DNA of 64,000 nucleotides from Vicugna vicugna (lineage: Eukaryota): the NCBI GenBank assembly GCA_013265495.1, contig MU058718.1, positions 2,108,001 to 2,172,000 of the forward strand. Reading direction: 5' to 3'. Each line of letters starts with the position of its first letter. Position 1 is the first letter of the stretch. Below the pieces are notes generated by a model. That model was not told the DNA's origin. It was given only the letters and a program-made list of their open reading frames with translations, and did not search any database. The translations under genes were made by a program, and so were the position numbers. Below, one piece after another: positions 1 to 17,600 of the stretch.

Positions 1-4938
<4,938 letters not shown>

Positions 4939-5254
4939 CAACTTCTGCACCTCGGTGCACAAGGGCGTCTGCGTGCACCGAAGGAGACCTCCGACTACAC
5001 CGACCCCTGCAGGTCGGCCTGAGGAAAGCAGGGCGCTGATATTCTGGTTGTCCCCTGAGTGGCCTTGGTAATATTCTTAAGTCACTGCTGTCCTGGCACC
5101 ACAAAAGACTTTGTAACAAACTGAGATGGGAGTGAAATAGGGAATGTACATATCTCCCTAGATAGCTCTGACGGCTTATCCGTATGACACAGATAGCCTA
5201 TTGGTATAATACAATACTATCCAGGAGCTCCAGGTACAGAAGGAGTAGGCTGTA

Positions 5255-5800
5255 TATTTATTAATTCATTCAGTGAATAAGGTACTAGGGATTCGACCTG
5301 GTGGAGAGATAAAAAAATAATAATTTCAAAGTGTAATAAATATTATACTATAATGGAAATAAAACATGGTGTGTTATAGAGTAAGGTGAGTAGAACTAAT
5401 TCAGGGCAGATATCTGAGATAAGGATCCAGGCATGCAACAAACTGGACAAAAACCTTCCAAACAGAGGAAACCGCAAATGCAAAGATCTTAAGGTGAAAA
5501 AGAGTTTGGCTCTCTTCTTGGAACAGAAAGGAGGCCAATGAAACCGGAAAAGTATGGGTTGTAGAGATGAGAGACACAAGATAAAGATGCTGAAGTAGGC
5601 TGAGTAAGGAACGTGAAGTCTGACTGAATTGTCTTTAAGGTTTCTGTGCTTTGGGGCGGATTACTTAATCTCTCAAAATCTCTGTTAAATGAGCATAAAA
5701 TGTGTACCTATCTCATACGGATATCATAAGTATTAAATAAGATACTGTGCCTGTAAGCTATTAACACAGCTCGTACATAGTAAGTATTCAATAGTGTTAT
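5255..5800. mobile_element. Ancient L2 fragment followed by a MIR fragment
   Basis: ttcattcagtgaat-type L2 tail and purine-rich L2 body; MIR-like core (ttacttaatctctc...tagtaagtattcaata); boundaries approximate. Confidence 0.45.
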
Positions 5801-6995
5801 TTTAAACTATTTACTTTAGGGATTGTAATGACTTCAATTTTTGCAGTGCAGGTCTGCATTGCTGTACCTCTTCCCAGCATTACTTTCAGGGAGAATTTAT
5901 TGTTGTTCCAACAGAATCAGTCACATTTCCCCAGAGAGGCCCCATTTGATCTCATCTTAACTAGGTACCATGGATGTTTGAGTTTAAATAGGTATACTAT
6001 ATATGTATTATATATATAACATATATAGTCCAAATTTAAGTGAATTAAGTTACTAAAACTTTATTAGGAAATCTAAAATATTAGGAAATGTAAAAGATGC
6101 CTTGAAATTTATTTGGAAAAAATCATGTGGGTATTGTGTGAATAGTCTATTCCATTTTTTTCTAAATATAACTGGGAATTGCAATAACAATAAGGAAGGT
6201 GGATTAAGCAGGGTTTGTCCCTTCTCCCACTCATTTGCAACTATTCCAGTCAAACTAGTCCATCCATACCAGAATATATCATCTTTGACAACAAGAAATA
6301 AAAGAGAATGAGGCAGAGAAAAAAAGACAGCTCAGTTTGGTTCAATTCAATAAATATAAGCACTTACCGGTGTGTGTGTGTGCTTATAAAATACACCGAT
6401 ATTTTAAACTCCCTTTACCCTTGTTATCTCACCCATCTGGCAAAATTCCAACTTCAGCTGAACCTCTTATCTATTTTCCCCATGCCTGCAACAAAATAGC
6501 CCTGTTCCTTTTTTATGTGCACCTCTAAGACTGTATCCCTTTCCATTGTAAAATGTAGCTTAATTGGTAGTTATACATCATTCATAAGTGTGCTTAAATC
6601 TGTCAGTGTGATTAAATGTGTCTTTTGCCCATAGTAGATTATAAGCTCCAGGAAAGCAAGAACTGTGACTATTTCTTGCTCATTATTGTAGCCCCAGAGG
6701 ATGGTTTTATATATATATATGCATAAACTAATGAATGGATTTGTGAATATGTTAGACATGCTGATAGGTAAGCAGAGATACAAAAAGGCTAAGAAATGTC
6801 ATCAGTTTTCAGGTAACTTAAAATATTGTAGAGTAGAGAAGTGAGGTGAGAAGCTAGGATATATCTTAGTTTCAGAGGGGGTGGTCATCAAAAGTGATGT
6901 CATAACAAACAGTGATGAGATATACTTCAATCTTCAAAAAATTATTAAAGGAAAGTCGCCTAACCTACTTAACTATAATGTAGCATCGATGGGTG

Positions 6996-7490
6996 GTGTG
7001 GTTTTAAAATACGTACACAATTTTTTTAATACTTCCCGCTTCAAGAAGTGGAGCCTAATTTCCCTCCCCTGGATCTAGCGACTTGTTGGACAAATAGAAT
7101 AAAGTGGAAGTGACAGTACACAACCACTGAGACTAGGTCATAATAGGCACTGGGTTTTCTTACTCTCCCTTGGATCACTCCCTCTGGAGGAAGCCACTGT
7201 CATGCCAAAAGGATACATCAGCAAATCTATGGAGAGACCCATGTGGCAAGGAATAGACAGCAAGGAACTGAGACCAGTAGCCAAGTGAGTGAGCCATCTT
7301 AGAAGCAGAGTCCCCAGCCCTAGGCAAGCCTTCAGATGACGGAAGCTCTAGTCTTAATTGCAACATCATGAGAGACTGAGTCACACAACCCAGTTCAGCT
7401 GCTGGCCCACAAAAACTGTGAGATAATAAATGTTTGTTGTTTTAAGCCATTTAGTTTTGTGGTAATTTGTGACATGGTGATAAGTAATAC
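6996..7490 (+). mobile_element. ERVL-MaLR solo LTR (MLT1E/F-like)
   Basis: Typical MLT1 3' end aaactgtgagataataaatgtttgttgttttaagccatttagttttgtggtaatttgt. Confidence 0.7.
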
Positions 7491-8142
7491 CAAAGGAACT
7501 GATAGTTTTCTAGAGAGAAACTGGGAAACAGTACTAGATAGGCAAGTAGCAACTACTTTTGCTCATGCATCACCTATAACACTTGAATTTTCAGAAATTT
7601 GTCATTCCAAATATCTACCCCTAAATACTTACCAGAATTCAGTCAATTGTTTATGACTAAACAGTAAGATGTTGAGGTAGGAACAGAAGCTAGAATTCCT
7701 AGGCTTCTGGGAAATACTCTTCTTGAATCAAAGTAATAGATAATGTTTTTTTTTAGGCACTACTAGGCTTAGACTGATAAAGAGGAGTCTTCTGTCTTGC
7801 TCTATTCTACCCCTGAGTCTCATTCTCCAATCTTAAACATGTTTCTTTTGTATTTACCTCTATATTTCTAAGTAATATGCTTACGCTGCTATTTCTTGAT
7901 AGATCGATTTTAGGATTTATCTTTTGACTTCCTAATGAGAAAGATAAAGATTCAGCACCTTTATATGACTCCAGATCCTCACTTTCCCCATCCATCCCCC
8001 AAATACAATATATACAAGTTTTGGTTAAATCTCTGTCCAATATTTGTCTTACTGAGGGGCTACACAAGTCAAGCAATATACTATAGTTACATTTGCTTTA
8101 TTGTAAGACTCTTTTGAACTTTCTGTAACTAAAACTGCCTCA

Positions 8143-8466
8143 AGTGACACAAACTTATTTACAGAACAGAAACAGACTCACAGACATAGAAAACAAGCTT
8201 CTGGTTACCAGGAGGGAAAGTCGGGGGAAGGATAAACTGAGAGTCTGGGATTTGCAGATACACACTACTATAAAATAGATAAACAACAACGTCCTACTAT
8301 ACAGAACAGGGAACTCTACTCAATAGCTTGTAGTAACCTATAATGAAAAAGAATACAAAAAAAGAATATACGTATGTGTGTGTGTATAACTGAATCACCA
8401 TGCAGTACACCAGAGACAAACACAACATTTTAAATTGACTATACTTCAATTAAAAATAAAAAAATA
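8143..8466 (+). mobile_element. 5'-truncated lineage-specific L1 3'UTR
   Basis: acagaaacagactcacagacatagaaaac...gactatacttcaattaaaaataaa; same family as copies at 21190-21560, 25239-25561 and 42610-42910. Confidence 0.8.
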
Positions 8467-8769
8467 AGCTGACTCATTTAAAAAATATGCTTAATTGTTG
8501 TTTTATTGTTAATCACTTTTTCTTCCCAACTTTACAATACAATTGTAAAAGTCCTCCAAATAGTGTTTTTCAGAAAGGCCCATCAGGTATCCCGCAAGTG
8601 CTTATTTTACCTACAGACCCCCTCCTGGAGACCTCCCTCTTCTTGCTCTGATCTGGGCTCTGTACGGACGCTGCATAGCTCTCTTCCAGAGCTTCTCTGC
8701 CTCATTTCTTGTGTGCTACCTTCTCTTTCCTGATACCCAGGTCTCCTCATTTTTGGTTTACTCTTTGGT

Positions 8770-9560
8770 TGGTTGGATCATATCCTCTCAGTGATATTCC
8801 GAGAAAGGATTTAAAGATGTACATTATTCTTCATATCTAACAATATCTTAATTCTACTCTCATACTTGATAAATAGTTTGGCCGGCTACGGAATTCTCTT
8901 AGAATTTTGAAGGCCTTACTCCATTGTGCTGTAGCTTCCAGTGCTTCTGTAGTGCCCTTCTGATTCTCAAGTTTTTGCAAGGGAGTAGGATTTCTTTTTC
9001 TTATTTCTGGAAGTCTTATCCCTGTTAGGGGCATTTTTAATGCACTGATTGAGCATTCAGTGATCCCAATGAATCTAGACAGCCATCCTTCCATTTTGGC
9101 TATTTTCTTGAATCTCCTAAGATTATTTCCTTTCCTCTGTTTTCATGTTCTCTCTTAGTGGTATTCTTATTGGTCAGACTGTTCTCCTGGAATTAATCCT
9201 TTTTTTTTCTTTCTCTTTTCATTTATTTCAACCTCTTTGTCTTTTTACCTCACCATCTAGGAGATTTCTTCAACATTCCTTCTAAAGTTTCTGTTGATAC
9301 TTTTTATTTTGGCTATCATATATTTAGTTTCCAAGAACTCTTTCTTGTTCTCTGGTTGTTCCTTCTTATAGAATCCTGTTCTTATGCCTTTGATGATATT
9401 GATTATAGCTGTTTGTTTGTCTTCCTTTCTTCCCTCTTTGTTTCCTCAGTTTCTTTTGCCTATTTGTTTTGGTCTCTCCATTTCATGTAGAGGCTTTCCT
9501 TAATCACCTGTTGAGCCTTGGTTTTCTGATCATAGAGTGAGTGAGGCACTGAAACAAAAA
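8770..9560 (-). mobile_element. Old, highly diverged L1 fragment
   Basis: T-rich plus strand with L1M-like antisense motifs; boundaries approximate. Confidence 0.4.
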
Positions 9561-11404
9561 GACAGTAGAATTCTGAGTGTGTGAATGGGAGGAATCAGCT
9601 ATTTTGGTGTTTTTAATGCCATTGTTTATTCCAAAGAATTCTCCAGTCTCCTTTTAGTTCAGGGCAGGATGGAATCTGGCATGATGGGGAAGGTGGAATG
9701 CAGAGCACATGGTCTGCAGTTTTGGAGCTGAGTGTTATAGGCGGTCTGCTGGAGGTGGGAAAGGGCTTTAACATTCAGCATGGAGGGACTTCACTTGATT
9801 TACATTTTTTTTCATTTTAGAACTTTCTCTCTCCCCTCTCCTTGGGGTCGTGCTGAGTCTAGAGTCTCTGAGTTTGTAGTCACTCTTGATCTTGAAATGT
9901 TTTCTAAATGATTTTAGATAATTTATATTTTATTCTAATGGATCAACTGATAGTTGAGACTCTACCATGTCATCAATTTTCCCACATCCATACCTTTTGT
10001 GAATTTTCTACTGTCAATGACAATGCTATTGTGTCCTCTCCACCATCCAAAATTATTTCTGCCCAAAATGATCACTTTGCCTCTAAATTTATACGGGTTG
10101 GTTGAATTGTGATCATATATTACCTGTGGAATCTCATGCTGTTATTATCTCTTTGTTATTAGTTTGTCCTACATTGATTAATTCACTCAGAAGTCATCTT
10201 GTGCAGCACATACACAGCTCTAAGTGCTGGGAAAACTGAGACTACCAAGGCAAGTTCCTGACCCATCTGTTGAATGTGAGAAAGCTACACATAAGCATGT
10301 ATTTGATTCCATGTGATAAGCACAATTATATGCCCTTTGGGAACCGAAGAAGAGGAACTTAATACAACCACAGACGGGATTAGGGAGGACTTCCTAGAGG
10401 TAGCAGTTGCCTGAGTTGACTCTTAAAGGAATTAGTCAGGTGGGGCAATGGAGACAGGTGTGGGACAGGGTAGACTACATTTCAGGAGTGGAAACAGGGT
10501 GAACAAAGACGTGGAAGCTAGAAACAAGGTCTGTATGGGGAAATTATTAGCTGTTCACTAACTATAAGGCAAAGAGGTGTTGGAGATGCTCTTTCAGGAA
10601 CCTGAGGAAAAGAAGGTGAAGGTAGAGCTTAGGTGCATGTCTCCCCAACTCAGATGATCTCAAGCGCTTGACAGAAAAGCCTAGCAATATAGCATGTGCA
10701 CATTTATGTTCAGTAAATATTAGATAACTGGATCAAATCAAATACCAGCACCAAACCTGCGATTTTTACTTAGCCTTCTTTCCTCTTGTGTGTCATAATA
10801 ATCCTTTTCCTGGGCCAAATTTTTTCCTTTAAATCATTTCCTTAACAGTCTATTCAATGCTAGAAAATGTTCATGTACTGAGAAGCTTCCCACAGAAATC
10901 TCTATGTCCCATTTTGAGAAATTGGGCTCAAGCCATTTCCTGCCTTGGTCATTAAAAAAAAATAATAGCTTGCTATTTGCACAGTAATCAGAATTCCATC
11001 AAGAAATGCTGTGTACATCAAATCTAAGTCATGTTATTGTTATGAGCACTAGTGTTAGAATAACAAGGTGGTGGCCTTGTTCATCTCCTAAAAATTTAAT
11101 GTTGTTTAACAAAGTTGTAATAGATGAGAGGTTGGACTTTTAGAAATCAAAGGTTAAACCATGTACCATGTGGGTGCTCCTTAAATAGTTATTTGATGAC
11201 TAATCCATTATTTCACAGGCCCAACACAGGCAAGATGATGCCAGAGCAGGCAGAGTAGAAGAAATACACTCACACAAAGGACCAACTCGAAGCATTCTCA
11301 GGGAGCTGTCAGTGATATTTATACCACACATACAAAACTGTATTTTACACATTCTAAAATCCCTTGCAAGTCTGAAAGGAAAAATTGTAAATATCAAGAT
11401 AACA

Positions 11405-12080
11405 AAGTAAGATCCAATAATTTCACTCCTGGGTACATATCTGGATATTTGTCCTTCCATGCTCCTGGCAGCGTTATTCACAATTGCCAAAGTATGGAAA
11501 CAGAACCTAAGTCTCTGTCAATGGATAAATGGACAAAGAAGACGTCGTATACATATGCGGTAGACTATTATCTAGCCATGAGAAAGGAAATTCTGCCATT
11601 TGCTACAACATGGATGAGACTTGAGGGCATCATGACGAGTGAAATAAGCCGGAGAAAGAAAAGTACTGCACGGTATCACTTATTTGTGGAATAATTAAAA
11701 AAAAAAGTCAAACACATAGACACAGAGAGTAGAAAAGTGGTTGCCAAGGGGTGAGGGGGGTGGATAGGGAAAGGTTGGTAAAAGGGTACAAACTTTCAAT
11801 GAAAAGATGAATAAGATCTGAGGCTCTAATGTATTACATGGTGACTATAGTTGACAACACTGTATGGTATAATTGACTTTGCTGAGAGAGTTGAACTTAA
11901 ATGTCTTCACCAAGTGGGGAGAAGGGTAAATATGTTCATTAATTCGATGGAAGGGGCCCTTTACAACTTATTCCTGGGTCATATCACTGAGATGTACACT
12001 TTAAATACCTTACAATTTTATTTGTCAATTATACCTCAGTAAGGCTGGGGCGGGGGGAGCCAATAAAGTGAAAAAAAAAA
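11405..12080 (+). mobile_element. L1 3' end (ORF2 C-terminus remnant and 3'UTR, L1MA-like)
   Basis: ORF 11449..11694 ends ...KEILPFATTWMRLEGIMTSEISRRKK..., an L1 ORF2 C-terminal remnant; poly-A tail at ~12071-12081. Confidence 0.8.
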
Positions 12081-13009
12081 AGTCTTGTACCGTGATTGTT
12101 TCTGATTATAAATTTTCTAGAAATTTCTTCTGGGCAAGAGTTTGAGTCTTATGGAATAGAGAGTCTTCATCCTGGGAATACTGATGCTTTTAAACTTTCC
12201 TAAATTACAGGCTATTGCATCAGAGTGAAATCCAGAGGTGATTCATGTTCAGATTGCTTCTGATTGTAATTTCATTTAGTTTCCCCCTTTTTCACCCTGT
12301 GCCCCTCATTTTTGATGGCCTAATAGTTCAGATATTAATACTGTGGCCATATGAAATAGTCAATCATGTGCAAAGAGAAGCTCCTTGTTAAGATTTCTGG
12401 GAGTTACAGGCATGTTTGGGACATAATCCCTGCTTAAGGAGTTAAGAGATTACAATTTAGTGGTAGAAACATAAAGTAGAAATGTCACAAAGATTACATA
12501 CTAAATTCCATGGGGATTACGTATTTAAATTCCATACTAAAGTCCATGTGCAGGAACTGGGCCTTACACATCGTTATATATCTAACATTAAGCTCAGTCT
12601 GGCATGACATAGGTTTACTGAATTGAAATTTATTTAGACCTTGGAACTGGGTGAAGAGTTAAACAGGAAGGCCCACAGATGAGGGATCAAGTGAGCTGGG
12701 TCTGGCCCTAGAGGGGTAAGTAGAATCTGTACACAGTATAATGAAAAAATAACTTTCCAAATAAAGAGGGAGATTGTATTAATATGCACATGTTGCATGT
12801 TGTAATATGTGGCATACAGCTGGTCTGGCCCACCAGGATCTCAGATGGTTGGTGACTTTTTAATTACATGTCAGTCCACTTGGCGGTGAAGGACAGACTA
12901 TAGAGTTTGAGTCTCACCTCTGCCATACCAAGTGATTCTGAATAACTAGATGAACTTCCTATGCCTGTTTTTCTCAGCTAGAAAATAGGAGTATAATACC
13001 TACTTTGGG

Positions 13010-13039
13010 CCTACCATATCCTACCATATCCTACCATAC
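13010..13039. repeat. (CCTACCATAT)x3 tandem repeat
   Basis: cctaccatat cctaccatat cctaccatac. Confidence 0.8.
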
Positions 13040-13310
13040 CCTTCATTAAACAATGGCTTTTTAAGGAAAAAAAAAGATTTACAAAAAAAAATAGAAATAT
13101 TTGAACATTTAATGTGCAAGATGTTGGAAAGCATTCTAGTTTCACCTTGAAAATTTCTCCTTAAAAAAAACCCTAAAAACAAACAAACAAAAGCTCATAG
13201 GCTAGTCCCATGGCTGGGAGCAGAGGACCTGACTCTTATCACTGCCCCTGCTCACATCACCTCATCTCTCTGGGCCTGTTTCCTCCTATAAAATAAAGAC
13301 TAACCTCCTC

Positions 13311-13552
13311 CTATGCTGTCTCATATGGTAGCCACTTGCCACATTTGACTGAAATATGACTAGTCTGTATAAAATACACACCAGATTTCAAAGATAAAAA
13401 TAAAAATTGGTATTTTATGAATTATTTAACATTGAGTGTATTTTGAAATATTTTGCACATATTGTGTTACATAAATCTATTATTAAAATCAACTTCGCCT
13501 GTTTCCTTTTGCTCTTTTGATGTGACTACTAGAAAATCTAAATGACACATGC
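13311..13552. mobile_element. hAT-Charlie MITE (MER33/MER3-like) upstream of the ERO1A promoter
   Basis: gctgtctcatatggtagccacttgccacat start; tataaaatacacaccagatttcaaaga and gtgactactagaaaat internal motifs. Confidence 0.6.
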
Positions 13553-13599
13553 ACCCCTGGCCTAGATGATCACGAACATACCCCTTTCAGCTTTAAGGC

Positions 13600-14600
13600 T
13601 CAGCTAGGGCCACTGTGGACACGTAATTCACGCTTTGATTTCCTCGCACGGAGATACGGAAGGATTGGACGAGAGCGAGCGGGGTGGGGCGGGGCCCTGC
13701 CGGAAGACACAGACCCCGCCGGCTTTCGCTCCCGCTGTCGGAGCGGGGAGGGCCCCGACTCCCGCGCGGGGCTGGGGGCGGGCAGTCGGGTCAAGTCTCC
13801 AGGCCCCGGGCGTTCAGGGGACCGGGGACGGGCACGGCGCGCCGGGCGGGGCCAAGCCGGGAAGCGGGTGGGTGCGTCAGGCTCACGCGCGGGGAAAAGG
13901 AAGCGGGCCCCGGGCGGCGGGCGCGGGCGCCCCAGCACGTCCGCAGGCTGTGGCAGGAGGTGGCGGCCGCTGAGAGGCGGGAGAGCGGAGGGCGGGCTTG
14001 GGAGGCGGCCGGGAGGTGGGGCGCGGCCGGGGACCCGCCCGCGCGGGCTTCATCTTCGGCCCCACGGCCTGCGCCCAAGCGCTGGGGACTACGAGGCGCA
14101 GCGCGAAAAGCGGCCGGAGCGGCTATGGGCCGCCGCTGGGGCTTCCTGATCGGCTTCCTGGGTGCCGTGGGGCTGCTGGGCTCGGGCCACGGCGGGCAGC
14201 AGCCCCCGGAGACGGCGGCGCAGAGGTGCTTCTGCCAGGTGAGAGGTGTGCGCGGCGGGGCTTCGGGTCCCGGGACCTTCGCCTCCCCCGTGCGCTCCGT
14301 TGTACGCGCCCCGGCAGGTGGGGGGCTTCGGTTGCGTCTTTGCAGTCTCCACCCTTCCGGAAGGAGCCCCCTCTGCTTCTGCTCCCTCGCCGGGCTGAGT
14401 CTCTGCTGCTCGCCTAGGTTGGTGTGCGCGGGTCCCCCACCGCAACCTGAACCGAGGTCGGCGCGCCCTCCCGTGCTTCCGATTATGCGTCGGGCGAGGG
14501 GTGTGCGTGCACCGCTGTCTGCTCCTACCGAGTTGGTATATCCATTTTTGTTAGTATTCCCTGCCCGGGAAGGGTGACCACGCACACTCAGTATTTGTAA
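13600..14600 (+). promoter_or_regulatory. ERO1A: CpG island promoter of ERO1A with GC boxes and candidate HRE cores
   Basis: Very high GC/CpG; GGGGCGGGG at 13686-13694; CACGT (RCGTG on minus strand) at 13620 and 13936. Confidence 0.85.
14125..14238 (+). CDS. ERO1A: ERO1A exon 1 coding part (signal peptide)
   Basis: [38 protein letters not shown]|gtgag. Confidence 0.96.
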
Positions 14601-17600
14601 TTTTCGCAGAACATAGATCTTCCTAACTTCTAACTTGACTTGAAACCGTGGACGCTGTGCCTGTGCTGGGTGCCTTCTCCAGCCTTTCTGGCCAGGACAG
14701 GTTTTGCCGGGGGGCTGCCTTCAGATCTCATTCTCAGGCAGATAAGTGGTTTCGTGGGGTTTTTCTGGGTCTAAGGCCAACTGCCTGGTGTCTTTGGGCC
14801 GCGGTTGCCCTGTGACTCCTCGCCTCGCCTGTCCTTTCTTTTTCCTGAATGTAGTGGGACTGTCTTACCGTGACACCCCTACTGCTGGTCTGAATTAGGA
14901 GAACGGTCTTCAGTGCGCAACTTTGATTACAAGCCTATGGTTGTTTCCTTCTGTTAGTAAGAGATGTGAATTCCTTGAGCGAAAAATTCTAAGAAACGTA
15001 CAGGTTTTTGGTATCCACAGTATCATTATTCTTTTTTTTTTTTGGTATCGTTATCTTTTTTCTTTTTTAGTATCGTTATTCTTCAAGTCACCTTTTTGGT
15101 TGGTTTCTGTTGATAAAAATTACATTTTATGCAAAACTGAGGGGTGAGTATTCAAATTGTTCCTTTTAAGTGGTTTTACTATTAACTTATTATCAGAAAT
15201 AACGTGTTATGTCTGTAGGAGCAGTGATACTATTTCAGAGAGGAAAGAAGCATTTTAAATATGAGAAGAAGAAGTACCATCTCTTCCATCGCTTTACATT
15301 CTTGAACTTTATTTTTTGTTGAGTGATTTGGGGATTGGGGTGAGTGAAATCTGGGAATGTGTAAGAAAAGTTGAAACTGCTGCTTTATAACTAAGAGACT
15401 GAAAAGCTCCTTTACTTTCAGTGATTGCAAACAGCACACAATCAAGTATTTAAAACGAAAAAGGGTAATTTCACTTCTGATTACAAATATAATGTAATAC
15501 AAAGTTTAAACATTAAAAAGATAAGTATATTAGAAATAAGGGGATTTAAAAATAAAGTAGTCAGTGTAGAAAGATGCCCAATGTAACATTTTAAACTACA
15601 TTTTAGAGATTTGGGTGTATTTTGAAATATTTTGCACATATTGTGTTACATACATGGAATAAAAGTACATGCTGAACTTTTAAACTTTCACTTTTTCTCC
15701 TGGGTAACCTTTTTACATATCTGATTAAAATTGGGGAGCTTTTAGTTTTTTTATATTTGTTTACTTTTTCTTCTGATTAATGATTAGACTTTTTCCCCTT
15801 TCACAGTATTTTCAACATTAAAATACTGCCCCAACCTGTCCCCCTATCATTCTATTAAAAAATGTTTTTTTAAAAAAAAGTTTTTTATACAGAAAGAAGG
15901 AGAAATCTCTTTTCCTTTTAGAACAAGAGTGACTGTTTTTCTTTTCAGAGCCAACTTTAAAAAACTAATAAAATGAGTAAAAAACAGTTTTAAGGAAAAT
16001 TTAAAATGGCTTACTTAGGCAAACTTAGAGAGCATCAATTCCAATTCAGTAAGTGAAACAAGCATGCTTTAGTTCTATTAAGGTCAGTAATGGTGGGGAT
16101 GGGGCTAGGGGGAGGACAGGAGAGAGGATACGATGCCCAATAGACATGAAGGGAAAAATGGAGACAAACACATAGACATGCACACAAAGACAGGAGAGAG
16201 AGAAAAGGAAAAACATGGAGAAAAAAGATAAGGGGAGTGCAAATTATTCATTCAACTAACATGGGTAAGCACTGTGTCCATTGAGCTGAGGGTCTGGAAT
16301 AGAGAAATAACTATGCCATAATCCCTACCCTGAAGAGCTTATAGTTTAATAAATAATGTTCTTTGGGGCTTGGGGAGAGGCAAGGATCCTGGGTTTTTTT
16401 TTTTTTTAAGTTAATAAATATTGCTAGAAACTAACTTAAAAACTAAATTTTCATGTAATGTTTGGAAATACAAGTTAAAATCTTCTCTGGTTCTTTTTGC
16501 AGTATGCAATTGGTCACAAAATCCTGTTGTTCCTTTTTTATTAATAGTCACGTCCCTTCCTTCCTTCTTGTTTTCTGTTTCTCTTAACCATTTCTGTCCT
16601 GAGTTACCACACTATCACCCCTTATCACACTGTTGCAGGGGTACCTGTCTTGTAGTAGGGGTTCAGATTTGATATTTGACTTTATAAAGTCATTGAAGTA
16701 GAATGTACAAAGCTCTACAAATAATCAGACAAAATTCAACAGGCATTTATTGAAGTCTACTGTGAATGACTTGAGAGATCGAAAAATAAAGTAAAAAATT
16801 AAAATGTAGTCCTAATTCTTGACACTCCAGAGTACAAAGCCTAGTACATAAGTGGTCCTTAGCAAGCATTAGGGAAATGATAATATAAGATGTGAACACT
16901 GCACTCCCTGGAGTATATTCTTTATTTTAATTTATTAAAATAAAAATTGACATGTAATAGATTTACAACATTGTGTATTCTTTTAATTATTCTGCTTAGT
17001 AAGCCATTTGCATGCTTTTCTGGAATTGATCTTTCAGATAGGTTGACAGCTGTAAATAAATCTTTAAACTTAGCTACTGCATTTGCCTACTATTTGGCAT
17101 CACATCCTGTTAAAACCATTTTCATTGTATGTCATAAGTTTTTTTGATAACATGCTTCAGTTTAGTTGCTCAAAATAAGTGATCAGTTATCTGGAACTTA
17201 CAAATCTTCGTTACATACAACGTCCCCTCCCAGACCTGCTCTCCTATTATTCTATTAAAAAAGTTAAAAAAAAGTTTTTTTTACACAGAAAATTGTTTTT
17301 TTCCCCTACTGTTGGTATACAAGTCTATGAAGTCTAACACATGTACAGTTTTTGTGGAAAAAAAATCCCGTAAATCAGGACTCACTCTATCTTTAAATCA
17401 AAATTGTAGTAAGTATAGGCTTGAAGTAAATGAAGATTTTTCAGAGTTTATTTCTTTTTGACAATGATTTCCTCACTATGCACCATTAGAGAGAATGAAT
17501 GTAAGAGAACTTAGTTCCAGTTAATGGAATCCCAGGATTCATTTTAAAGAAATCAGCTCAGAAGAGATACTGAAGCCCAGATGTGGAGGCAGTGTGGACA

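Noticed and set aside
12492..12548. Short degenerate direct repeats (CATACTAAA(T/G)TCCATG) resembling a mini array
   Set aside because: Only 2-3 imperfect units in mammalian DNA; consistent with local slippage duplication, not CRISPR-like.
13600..14585. Multiple 100-300 aa Arg/Pro/Gly/Ala-rich ORFs on both strands
   Set aside because: GC-rich island artefacts; only 14125-14238 is supported as coding (ERO1A exon 1).
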